NCBI GenBank assembly: GCA_045613785.1
Contig: JAZLBQ010000024.1
Coordinates: forward strand, 49,572 to 113,571
Direction: 5' to 3'
Length of the DNA stretch: 64,000 nt
DNA from: Candidatus Enterousia sp.
Lineage (GTDB): Bacteria; Pseudomonadota; Alphaproteobacteria; Rs-D84
In this document: in pieces, positions 47,889 through 56,657 of the stretch
Numbering within the stretch: the first letter of the stretch is position 1
How the letters are laid out: each line of letters starts with the position of its first letter
Translations under genes and position numbers: made by a program
The notes under the pieces: generated by a model
Database searches by the model: none
Seen by the model: the letters and a program-made list of their open reading frames with translations, nothing else
Told to the model about the DNA's origin: nothing

Positions 47889-48650
47889 ATGTTTAGTTGG
47901 ATTGATTTAATTCAGGTTGTAATTATTGGTGTGGCGATTTATTTCTTTTATCGCAGTTTTATCGAAAACACACAGTCAGAAAAATTGGTGCGGGGACTGC
48001 TGGGGTTGGCAGGACTTTGGGTGATTAGTTTCATTTTATCTTCTGTTCATCTGAATCTGTTGGCAACATTCTTGCATTGGACGGCTTTGTTCTTGTCGTT
48101 GAGTTTGATTGTCGTGTTTCAGCCAGAATTGCGTAAGTTTATGGCCTTGATGGGTAATGTTCAAGGTTGGAGAAGAGTCTTTAAACGTGGCGGGGTGCAA
48201 AAACGTGATACTGCATCGCTTGATGATTTGGTTACAGCTGTTGAATATATGTCAAGTAAGCATACAGGGGCTTTGATTGTGTTTCCTAGCACTTTGGACG
48301 AAAGTGCAATCGATAGAAAAGGTGTCAGAATTGATGCGAAAATTAGTAGCGAATTATTATTGACGATTTTCTTTAATAAAACGCCTTTGCATGATGGGGC
48401 GGTCATTATTGAAAATAATCGTATTGCATATGCAGGTGCGATTTTGCCTTTGTCGCAGAATAATTTGAACTGGAAATATGGAACACGTCATCGGGCTGCA
48501 CTGGGGGTGAGTGAGGTCTCCAGAGCTGTGGTTTTGGTCGTGTCCGAGGAAAGTGGCGATATTTCAATTGCTGAAAAAGGTAAAATTACCAAATATGATG
48601 ATGTAAAAAAGTTGAGAGCTAGGTTGGAAAAGGTTTTGAGCCGAGAATAA
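47889..48650 (+). CDS. cdaA: Membrane diadenylate cyclase CdaA/DacA
   Basis: Three TMs, FQPELR, GALIV, PLHDGAV, GTRHRAA, VVSEESG motifs. Confidence 0.92.
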   Translation: MFSWIDLIQVVIIGVAIYFFYRSFIENTQSEKLVRGLLGLAGLWVISFILSSVHLNLLATFLHWTALFLSLSLIVVFQPELRKFMALMGNVQGWRRVFKRGGVQKRDTASLDDLVTAVEYMSSKHTGALIVFPSTLDESAIDRKGVRIDAKISSELLLTIFFNKTPLHDGAVIIENNRIAYAGAILPLSQNNLNWKYGTRHRAALGVSEVSRAVVLVVSEESGDISIAEKGKITKYDDVKKLRARLEKVLSRE

Positions 48651-48699
48651 AACTAAGCACCCATAACAGTGGGTGCTTTTTTTTTGTGTGCTTTTGGTC

Positions 48700-48729
48700 T
48701 TGCACCGAATCGGGAAATTTTGGTATGGT
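48700..48729 (+). promoter_or_regulatory. Putative dnaN promoter with GAATCG in the spacer
   Basis: TTGCAC-cgaatcgggaaattttgg(18)-TATGGT. Confidence 0.5.
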
Positions 48730-48773
48730 AAAAGCAAAAGAGTATAATATATAAAGGAAACAGGAGTGTTATC

Positions 48774-49892
48774 ATGGAATTTTCAGTGTTTCGTCAGGTT
48801 TTAATACGTGCGCTGGGGCATATGCAATCGATTGTAGAAAAGCGTGCTACATTGCCGATTTTGATGAATGTTAAAATAGAAGCAGCAGATGATTTGATTC
48901 TGTCGGCAACTAATGTTGATTTGGAATTAGTTGAACATGTTGCAGCAGATATTACATTGGGCGGTAAAATCACAGTGCCTGTGCAAATGCTGTATGATAT
49001 TGTTCGTAAATTGCCAGATGATGCAGAAATTTCTTTTAAACAGTCTGGGGATCAGTTGGTTGTTTCAAGTGGTCGTGCAGTATTTCGTTTGCCAACTTTG
49101 CCAGCAGAAAATTTCCCAGCAATGGCAGGCAGTAATTTGACAACTAAGTTCCAGATGACAACTGGGGATTTGGCTCATTTAATCAATCAAACAAAATTTG
49201 CTATCCCAACAGATGATGTTCGTTATCATTTAGGGGGTATCTATTTCCATATTGCAGACGAAGGCGATGTAAAGAAACTGACTGCTGTTGCAACAGACGC
49301 ACAGCGTATGGCGTTGTGTGCAATGCCAGCACCAGCAGGCAGTGCAGAAATGCCAGCAGTTATTTTGCCACGTCGTGTGATTGGTGAATTGTCAAAGTTG
49401 TTGGAAGATGCAAATGTTGATGATGTTATGGTTGAATTGTCTGATACAAAGGCTCGCTTTACAGTTGGGGCTGCAACATTGACCAGCAAATTGGTTGATG
49501 CACAGTATCCAAACTATCGTGTCGTTATCCCAAAAGGTAATGACAAGATTGCTGTCTTGGACAGAAAACAATTCATCAATGCTGTTGACTTGGTTTCAGT
49601 TGCTAGCGTGGATAAGACAAAGTCAGTGCAGTTGACATTTAGTATGAATAAGTTGGTTATCAATGCGTCTAGCCCAGATGCAGGAACTGCAACCCAGGAA
49701 CTGGATATCGAATATAATGGCGATAGTTCATTTACAGTTGTGTTTAATGTAAAGTTCTTGTTAGACGTTGCTGGTCAGGTCGAAGGCGAAAAATTCCAGA
49801 TGGAAATGCAAGACCCATTGGCACCAACTAAAATCAATTCGGTTGATAAAGATACAGATGCGTTATATGTTTTGATGCCGATGAGAATGTAA
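48774..49892 (+). CDS. dnaN: DNA polymerase III beta clamp
   Basis: PILMNV, ATNVD, VATD..R, YPNY..VIP, VLMPMR motifs. Confidence 0.97.
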   Translation: MEFSVFRQVLIRALGHMQSIVEKRATLPILMNVKIEAADDLILSATNVDLELVEHVAADITLGGKITVPVQMLYDIVRKLPDDAEISFKQSGDQLVVSSGRAVFRLPTLPAENFPAMAGSNLTTKFQMTTGDLAHLINQTKFAIPTDDVRYHLGGIYFHIADEGDVKKLTAVATDAQRMALCAMPAPAGSAEMPAVILPRRVIGELSKLLEDANVDDVMVELSDTKARFTVGAATLTSKLVDAQYPNYRVVIPKGNDKIAVLDRKQFINAVDLVSVASVDKTKSVQLTFSMNKLVINASSPDAGTATQELDIEYNGDSSFTVVFNVKFLLDVAGQVEGEKFQMEMQDPLAPTKINSVDKDTDALYVLMPMRM

Positions 49893-49904
49893 AAAAAATA
49901 CAAG

Positions 49905-49929
49905 AAAACCGCCGTATGGCGGTTTTTTT
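49905..49929 (+). terminator. Rho-independent terminator
   Basis: AAAACCGCC-gtat-GGCGGTTTTTT. Confidence 0.8.
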
Positions 49930-50036
49930 ATCTTGCTGATGTAATTGTTTTGCAGTGATGCTGGTTTGTTCTAAAATAATTGCAAACGGATTTTTTTATG
50001 TTATTATTTTGTCAACATAAATAAGAGGGTATAAAT

Positions 50037-50579
50037 ATGACACTTGAAAATCTGGCCGCAGGAAAGTTGCCTCCAAAGAAAATGAACGCAATTATTGAAA
50101 TTCCTGAAAATGGTCATGTAAAGTATGAAATTGATAAAGAAACGGGCTTGTTAAAGGTGGATCGTATTTTGCATGCACCAATGGCATATCCTGCAAACTA
50201 TGGTTATTTCCCAGGAACATTAGGTGATGATGGCGACCCTTTGGATTGTGTGGTTGTGTGTAATGCTCCGTTGCGTCCAGGTGTTTTGATTGAAGTGCGT
50301 CCAATTGGTGCTTTGTTGATGGAAGATCAGGCAGGTGGAGACGAAAAAATTATCTGTGTTCCACGTGATAAAATTGATCCTTATTATGAAAAGATTGAAT
50401 TTGTTGAACAATTGCCTGAAATTTTGCGTTCTAAAATTGAATATTTCTTTCAGCACTACAAGGATTTGCAGTCTAATGCTTGGTCAAAAATTCTGGGCTG
50501 GGCTGATCGTGAAGCTGCTGATAAATTGATTATGGAAAGTATTGATCGTTATTGGAAGCACAAGCGTGAAATGCAATAA
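50037..50579 (+). CDS. ppa: Inorganic pyrophosphatase (family I)
   Basis: KYEIDK, YPANYG, DGDPLD, FF.HYK motifs. Confidence 0.97.
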   Translation: MTLENLAAGKLPPKKMNAIIEIPENGHVKYEIDKETGLLKVDRILHAPMAYPANYGYFPGTLGDDGDPLDCVVVCNAPLRPGVLIEVRPIGALLMEDQAGGDEKIICVPRDKIDPYYEKIEFVEQLPEILRSKIEYFFQHYKDLQSNAWSKILGWADREAADKLIMESIDRYWKHKREMQ

Positions 50580-50643
50580 AGCACTTGCGTTTCGATGGCG
50601 GATTTTTATAATCAAAAAGTCTTAGATTAAAAGAGGTATTAAA

Positions 50644-51213
50644 ATGGCATCTTATATTGCAAACGATATGCGTGTGGGTTGGGTTATTTCGCATAATGGT
50701 AAACGTTATTCTGTTACATCTATTACCAAAGTAAAACCAGGTAAAGGTGGGGCGTTCGTTCAGGCAGATTTGCGTGATATTGATTCTGGTAACAAAGGTG
50801 GTGATCGCTGGCGTGCAGAAGATAAAGTTGAAAAGTTGATGGTCGAAGATTTTGATTGTCAGTATTTGTATGCAGATGGCACAGATGCGTTCTTTATGAA
50901 TTTGTCTGATTATGAACAGTTTACAATGGCCGTTGATTCATTGGGCGAAGCAATGAAGTTCTTGGCACCTGAAATGGTTGTTAAAGCGAACTTTGTCGAA
51001 GGACAGCCTGTATCAATTTCTTTGCCAAAGACTGTTATCGCAACTGTCGAAGAAACAGAACCTGCATTAAAAGGTCAGACAGTTTCTAGCAGTGGTGGAA
51101 AACCAGCTATTTTGGATAATGGTGTTCGTGTTCAGGTTCCGTTGTTTATCGAACAAGGTGAAAAAATTGTCGTAAATACGGAGACTTTGGAATACGTAGA
51201 ACGTGCAAAATAA
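50644..51213 (+). CDS. efp: Elongation factor P
   Basis: KPGKGGAF, KPA.L..G..V.VP.FI motifs. Confidence 0.96.
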   Translation: MASYIANDMRVGWVISHNGKRYSVTSITKVKPGKGGAFVQADLRDIDSGNKGGDRWRAEDKVEKLMVEDFDCQYLYADGTDAFFMNLSDYEQFTMAVDSLGEAMKFLAPEMVVKANFVEGQPVSISLPKTVIATVEETEPALKGQTVSSSGGKPAILDNGVRVQVPLFIEQGEKIVVNTETLEYVERAK

Positions 51214-51415
51214 AAAATTAAATAGAATAATTCATCTGCGGACTGTGCCGTTCCCTTATGTCGCTTCTGGACACTGCGGGGACGGCACAGTCCGCATCTA
51301 AACTATTCTATTTAATTTTATCTAGTTGCTGATAATTCATCTATGCGTAAATCCGTTGGCTCATGTCCGTTCAATACACTACGCCAACGGATTTTCACAT
51401 ATTTAAATCATTCTA
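51214..51415 (+). repeat. Tandem palindromic element, units B then A
   Basis: B' perfect 15-bp stem TGCGGACTGTGCCGT(51237-51)/ACGGCACAGTCCGCA(51282-96) inside a 16-bp terminal inverted repeat; A' stem AAATCCGTTGGC/GCCAACGGATTT. Confidence 0.9.
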
Positions 51416-51417
51416 GA

Positions 51418-52362
51418 TTAGATTTTGTTTTCGCTGCCCATAATATTTTTTATTTCGTCTATGCAAATGTTTGTCATTGTGGCACGGGCAGATGACAAGA
51501 AATCACGTGGATTAAAATTTGTCGGATTTTCGTGTAGTGATTTGCGGGTTGCAGCAACAAATGCCAGACGTAGGTCGCTGTCCACGTTTATTTTGCAAAT
51601 GTTCATTTCTGTGGCGTGGCGAAGTTGTGCAGTGTCAATGCCATAGGCCCCGGAAATTTTACCACCAAATTCGTTTATTGTTGTAATCAATTTCTGTGGA
51701 ATGTTTGATGCACCGTGCAAAACAAGTGGAAAGTTTGGCAGGCGTTTTGCAATTTCTGCCAAGATGTCAAAGCGTAATTCTTGGTCGGGTGTTTTACGCT
51801 TGTATGCCCCATGGCTGGTGCCGATGGCGATGGCCAGAGAATCTGTGCCGGTGGATTGGGCAAATTTTTCAACGTCGTTTGGATTGGTATAACTGGAATC
51901 AGTGCCAAATGTGTTTTCGTCTTCGATGCCAGCCAGGGTGCCAAGTTCTGATTCAACAGACACATTGTGTTTATGTGCAATATCAACTACTTGTTTTGTT
52001 GTTTCAATGTTTTCTTCGAATGGTAATTTGCTGGCGTCAATCATAACAGATGAAAAGCCTAGTTCAATTGCTTGGGTGCATGTTTCGACAGATGTGCCGT
52101 GATCCAAGTGTAGGGCAATCTTTTCATTGGGGTGTATTTTTGCACCAGAAATCAGCCCCAGCAGCATGTCTGCCCCCATGTATTTTAATGCGGATTCAGA
52201 TACTGCCAGAATTGCCGGGCTGTGTGTTTGGCGAGCAGCGTCAAGTATGGCACTTAGTGTTTCCAGATTATAAAAGTTAAATGCTGGCACAGCATATTTT
52301 CTGGCCAAGGCATCTGCAAAAATGTCGTTTGTGTTTACAAGTCCAAGTTCTGAGTATCTCAT
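51418..52362 (-). CDS. fba: Fructose-1,6-bisphosphate aldolase class II
   Basis: LHLDHG, SVMIDAS, VESELG, GTSHG, LVLHGAS, KINVDS motifs. Confidence 0.95.
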   Translation of the reverse strand: MRYSELGLVNTNDIFADALARKYAVPAFNFYNLETLSAILDAARQTHSPAILAVSESALKYMGADMLLGLISGAKIHPNEKIALHLDHGTSVETCTQAIELGFSSVMIDASKLPFEENIETTKQVVDIAHKHNVSVESELGTLAGIEDENTFGTDSSYTNPNDVEKFAQSTGTDSLAIAIGTSHGAYKRKTPDQELRFDILAEIAKRLPNFPLVLHGASNIPQKLITTINEFGGKISGAYGIDTAQLRHATEMNICKINVDSDLRLAFVAATRKSLHENPTNFNPRDFLSSARATMTNICIDEIKNIMGSENKI

Positions 52363-52520
52363 TTTTATGTTTCCTTTTGTTGTCAATTATAGCACAAATA
52401 TTCGTAGTTTCGTTCTTTTTTTAACGGGTTTTTATTGACAATGGGGTCATTTGTGCCACAATTATTGCGAATCGGGGGCCGGACAGAGAACAGGCACTTT
52501 TTTGGACAAAAGGTTCGGAT

Positions 52521-52859
52521 ATGAAAAAAACTTTGTTTGCGTTGTTTGGTTTGTTGGTTTTGACGGGTTGTGCGACATACTATGATTATTACAAGGGTGG
52601 CGTCAGATATACCCAGGATGGTGATGATTGTGTGTTCTATGCTGCGGAACGTGGTCGCTATTATTCTGATGAAATTCGTTCGTTGAATACAGATAAAAAG
52701 ATTGTTTATCGCAATACAAAATGCAGTGATTTGTATCTGCGTGATAATTTTGGTCAGGCACAACGCACAGAACGCAGTGTTTTGACACCTGTGGTAAAAA
52801 AAGAATGCACAGGTTGTGCGAAAAAATGCGGCAAGAAAAAATACGTGTTCGTGAAATAA
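52521..52859 (+). CDS. Small Cys-containing lipoprotein
   Basis: Lipobox LTGC. Confidence 0.75.
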   Translation: MKKTLFALFGLLVLTGCATYYDYYKGGVRYTQDGDDCVFYAAERGRYYSDEIRSLNTDKKIVYRNTKCSDLYLRDNFGQAQRTERSVLTPVVKKECTGCAKKCGKKKYVFVK

Positions 52860-52956
52860 TGTAAAGTCCGCCATTTGGTGGACTTTTTGTTTTATATTGT
52901 TTGAAATGCTGGGGATTTTGTGATAAAATATAACGAAAAGGAAAAGGAGTTTTTAA

Positions 52957-53319
52957 ATGAAAAAACTGATGAAAAAATTAAATTTTGCTGTAATTGGTTT
53001 AATGGCATCTTTTGCACCAGCGATGGCGGCATCCGGGATGGATGGTGCGTTGTGTAAATTAGCCGAAGAATTTGGTAGTATTTTTAGTCTTTTGCGGACC
53101 TTGGCATTTATTGGTGCAGGTATAATTATTGCTGGTTGGGCCTGGGGATATATTCAAGGTGGTAAGGCAGTTGACGTTGTCAAGGAAGTAAAAGAAAAAG
53201 GTGTGGCAATGTTGCTTGGTTTTATATTGCTGTTTGGTATTGGTGTGGTTTTGGAAATATTTATGTCAATGGCCGGTGATGGTGGTTCGCTGGGTTGTGT
53301 AGCCAATATGTTCAATTAA
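52957..53319 (+). CDS. TrbC/VirB2-like pilin-type membrane protein
   Basis: Long signal peptide ending AMA|A, two hydrophobic helices with a short charged loop, Cys pair. Confidence 0.5.
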   Translation: MKKLMKKLNFAVIGLMASFAPAMAASGMDGALCKLAEEFGSIFSLLRTLAFIGAGIIIAGWAWGYIQGGKAVDVVKEVKEKGVAMLLGFILLFGIGVVLEIFMSMAGDGGSLGCVANMFN

Positions 53320-53381
53320 AAAAACAAAAGTAAAATTTAATCCCCCAAATGGGGGATTTTTTTTTATGTGTGAAAAAATTT

Positions 53382-54326
53382 TTAGCGGATGTGTGTGTTT
53401 GCGTATTTTAGGATAAAATCACGTTCTGTTCGTGTTAGCAGTGATTGAACCTGGGTGATTGGAGTTTGGTAAATATCGTCCAGAGGAATAATGTTTTGTT
53501 CTGTTTTTAATTTTATTCGTTGCTTTGTCAATTCGTCATAAAAAATTTCACATAGTGCATCAAGGTTTTTTGTGTTTGATTGGTCAAAGCGTTTAATTGC
53601 TTTTTTAATTGCGAAGCTTTTGGCGTTTAAAGTTGCAGCACCTAGATAGTTTGATAGTGGGTCGTGTTGTTTGTTGGGGATTCTGTTTATATTTTTTAAA
53701 CTGCGGATACTGTGACCTTCAAACATTGCGTTGCAGGTCAGGGTGTTTATTAGGTTGTATTCGCCACCGTAACGTAGTGATATCGCAGAGATTGCTTTTT
53801 CGTTCTTGGCAAGTTCGTTTCGCAGGTAAAGGCGGGCGAATTGATAAGAGTGGCCTTTTAATTCGTCGAATGACAAATTAGGTGATATTGCTGGTGCGAT
53901 GAAATATGTGCGTGCAAATATTAAATATGGATTTTGGCGACATAGACACCAGGCGGCATAGCGTGAAACTTTTAAGTCCTTGGCGTTTTTAAAGGTGTGG
54001 CCGTTTAATGTGTATGGGTGGTGTATTGTTGTGATGTGCTGGTTATAAAAATCGATGTTTGTTGGGGCGAGTTGTGGAAAACTTTGTTTTGTTTTCTGGC
54101 CAACAGGCATAACTAGTTTTTGCCAAATGTGGCTGTGAAAGTCGGGTTCTGTTGGGAAGTATGCTGTGCCAAATAAGTTATGTAAATCAGAATAATACCA
54201 GTAATCTGTATTTGTTGTGTTGGCGTCGCACAGTTCGGGGAATAGGTCTAGTTGTAGGGTTGTGCGTGGTGGTTGTTGGGTTTTGTTCAAGGTTTCGAAA
54301 ATAACAGATTTTTTTGGCAGGGTCAT
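53382..54326 (-). CDS. DinD-like DNA-damage-inducible protein (divergent)
   Basis: D.K.SRYAAW....QN, FARTYF, R..LR.EL...EK, A.F.G and PL..YL...T..AK.FA resemble DinD motifs. Confidence 0.55.
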   Translation of the reverse strand: MTLPKKSVIFETLNKTQQPPRTTLQLDLFPELCDANTTNTDYWYYSDLHNLFGTAYFPTEPDFHSHIWQKLVMPVGQKTKQSFPQLAPTNIDFYNQHITTIHHPYTLNGHTFKNAKDLKVSRYAAWCLCRQNPYLIFARTYFIAPAISPNLSFDELKGHSYQFARLYLRNELAKNEKAISAISLRYGGEYNLINTLTCNAMFEGHSIRSLKNINRIPNKQHDPLSNYLGAATLNAKSFAIKKAIKRFDQSNTKNLDALCEIFYDELTKQRIKLKTEQNIIPLDDIYQTPITQVQSLLTRTERDFILKYANTHIR

Positions 54327-54356
54327 TTTTGATTCCTTTGGTTTGGTGGGGTGGGG

Positions 54357-54551
54357 TTATTTATTGTCTTCGATATTTGCTAGCGAAAACAGCACTGATG
54401 ATATCAGTGATTGGTATGGCACGTGTTGAGCATCGGCTAGTTCTTTTATCTTGTCTAAAATCGGACGAGGTATTCGCATGTTGATAACACAGTCGGATTT
54501 GTTAAACGCCTTGTAGGCGGCGTATTCTTTTAGCAAAGATTCAATGTTCAT
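54357..54551 (-). CDS. CopG/ribbon-helix-helix antitoxin-like protein
   Basis: INMRI....L..IK..A....VPYQSLI..VL; start uncertain (54551 or 54581). Confidence 0.7.
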   Translation of the reverse strand: MNIESLLKEYAAYKAFNKSDCVINMRIPRPILDKIKELADAQHVPYQSLISSVLFSLANIEDNK

Positions 54552-54844
54552 TATGAACAGTTGTTGCATTACGTTCGGCATATTGACAACCCTCTATACA
54601 AACCACAATACTGCGGTCATTACAATACACTATACTATTGTAAATACAATTGTCAATACAAATATATTGACGGTCGTAAAGACTGTTGTGATGGCGGTGG
54701 TGTGGGCGGTTGTGTTGCTGGGTGTATTGGGTGCTTTTGTTGTTAAAATTGTGATTTGTTATGTCTTTTTATGGTTATTTAAGTTTGATTTTTATCTGTT
54801 TAGCATATAAAATTAGTCGTATATTTATATGGAAGGGATTTATT

Positions 54845-56164
54845 ATGTTAAAAAAGTTCTTGGTTGGTTTGTTAATGGGGCTTTGTCTGGCAATGCCAGG
54901 TCGGGCTGAATTAAAAGTTGATATTGTAGCGGGTGCGGCACAGCCGATTTCTATCGCAGTTCAAAAGTTTGAAACCGTGGGAGAAGTGCGTGCTAAAGAT
55001 GTTGTGATGATGCGACAGGTTGTCGAAGATGATTTAAAAAGAACAGGTTTGTTCCGTATCGTAAATCATGATGCTTTCCCAGAATTCGTTGATATGCATG
55101 AAATGCCTAATTTTAAGTCTTGGGCTGCAATTAAAACACAGGTGTTGGTTCAGGCACGTTTGTCCGCTGCCTCAAACGATATGTATAAATTAGAATTCTT
55201 TGTTTGGGATGTAAATGGACGTGAACAGATAGAGGCACAATCGTTAGTTGCATCTCGTAAATCAGCACGACGCTTGGCACATATTATGGCAGACGCAATT
55301 TATGAACGTTTGACCGGTGAAATTGGTTATTTTGATACACAAATTGTCTTTATCGCAGAAACTGGACCTGTTCATAATCGCACTAAACAACTTGCAATTA
55401 TGGATCAGGACGGTCATGGGATGCGTTATTTGTCCGATAAAAAGACTTTTGTTATGTCGCCACATTTCTCTCCAAATATGCAGTCTATTGTATTCTTGTC
55501 TTATTATAATGACGACCCAATGGTATGGAGTCTGGATTTAGAAACAGGTGAACAAAGACGATTGGGAATGTTTGGGGGGATGAACTTTGCACCACGCTTT
55601 TCGCCAGATGGAACACGGGTGGCGTTGTCTTTGGTAAAAAATGGTATTACACATATCTATGAATATAATACAGAAAATAAAGAATTACGTCAGTTGACGT
55701 TTGGAAATTCTTTGAATACCAGCCCGTCTTATTCGCCAGATGGCAAAAAAATGGCCTTTAATTCAGATCGCTCGGGACGTCAGCAGATTCATCTTCTGGA
55801 CCTGGAAACAGGGGCGGTGGAACGTTTAACATATGGGGCAGGGCGTTATGCAACACCGGCTTGGTCGCCAGATGGGCAGTTTATCGCTTTTACAAAAATG
55901 GCAGATGATACTTTTTATGTCGGAATTATGGATCCACGGGGCAGAAATGAAAAGATTTTGGCAGGCGGTTGGTTTATGGAAGCACCGTCTTGGGCACCGG
56001 GTTCTCGTAGAATTGTGTATTATGAAACAGAAAAACACGAAGATGGCGTAGAACGTATTAGTCATATTCGCAGTGTCGATATTACTGGACAGAATATTTA
56101 TGATATTGAATTGCCAGATGGTGTAAATGGCGTGGAACCAACTTGGTCGCCAAGATTGCCATAA
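54845..56164 (+). CDS. tolB: Tol-Pal system protein TolB
   Basis: AH..AD.IYE.LTG..GYF.T.I, L.IMDQDG, repeated P.(F/W)SPDG propeller blades. Confidence 0.95.
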   Translation: MLKKFLVGLLMGLCLAMPGRAELKVDIVAGAAQPISIAVQKFETVGEVRAKDVVMMRQVVEDDLKRTGLFRIVNHDAFPEFVDMHEMPNFKSWAAIKTQVLVQARLSAASNDMYKLEFFVWDVNGREQIEAQSLVASRKSARRLAHIMADAIYERLTGEIGYFDTQIVFIAETGPVHNRTKQLAIMDQDGHGMRYLSDKKTFVMSPHFSPNMQSIVFLSYYNDDPMVWSLDLETGEQRRLGMFGGMNFAPRFSPDGTRVALSLVKNGITHIYEYNTENKELRQLTFGNSLNTSPSYSPDGKKMAFNSDRSGRQQIHLLDLETGAVERLTYGAGRYATPAWSPDGQFIAFTKMADDTFYVGIMDPRGRNEKILAGGWFMEAPSWAPGSRRIVYYETEKHEDGVERISHIRSVDITGQNIYDIELPDGVNGVEPTWSPRLP

Positions 56165-56171
56165 AAAAATT

Positions 56172-56195
56172 AAAAACCGCCGTTGGCGGTTTTTT
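56172..56195 (+). terminator. Rho-independent terminator
   Basis: AAAAACCGCC-gtt-GGCGGTTTTTT. Confidence 0.8.
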
Positions 56196-56213
56196 GTAAA
56201 GGATGTTTGTGTA

Positions 56214-56624
56214 ATGTTTAGATTTTTGTGTCTTTTCTGTGCGTTATTTTGGGGCGGGGCTGCGGTTGCTGTGCCGGCCGTGGTAGATTATATATTCGAT
56301 GGTGATACCTTTTCCGCAGGGGTAAAGCTGGAAGATGATGTTCAGATTACTGTGCGTGTGCGTTTGATAAATATCGATACCCCAGAAATGAACGGCAAGT
56401 GCAATGCAGAAAAGGTTATGGCACAATCGGCTAAGGATTTGTTGGCGATTTTGTTGCCTCGTGGGACGGTCGTTGATCTGCAAAATATCAAAGATGACAA
56501 GTATTTGGGGCGTATAAATGCCAATGTTATTTTGTCTGATGGGCGTGATGTTGGTGATGTTATGATTGATTCTGGACTTGCACGTCCGTATAAAGGGGAA
56601 CGTAGAAAAAGTTGGTGTAAATAA
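56214..56624 (+). CDS. Exported thermonuclease (SNase family)
   Basis: Signal peptide; DGDT, VRL..IDTPE, DKYLGR, GLA..Y motifs. Confidence 0.9.
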   Translation: MFRFLCLFCALFWGGAAVAVPAVVDYIFDGDTFSAGVKLEDDVQITVRVRLINIDTPEMNGKCNAEKVMAQSAKDLLAILLPRGTVVDLQNIKDDKYLGRINANVILSDGRDVGDVMIDSGLARPYKGERRKSWCK

Positions 56625-56657
56625 AAAAATCCTGCCGTGTATGGCAGGTTTTTATTG

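Noticed and set aside
54544-54810. 88-aa and 61-aa plus-strand ORFs upstream of tolB
   Set aside because: Low-complexity GT-rich sequence overlapping the RHH promoter, with no RBS
7061-56195. Recurrent AAAACCGCC-N3-5-GGCGGTTTT hairpins (7061, 49905, 56172) as a repeat family or uptake sequence
   Set aside because: They occur only at gene ends as ordinary intrinsic terminators, and this stem is common in bacteria
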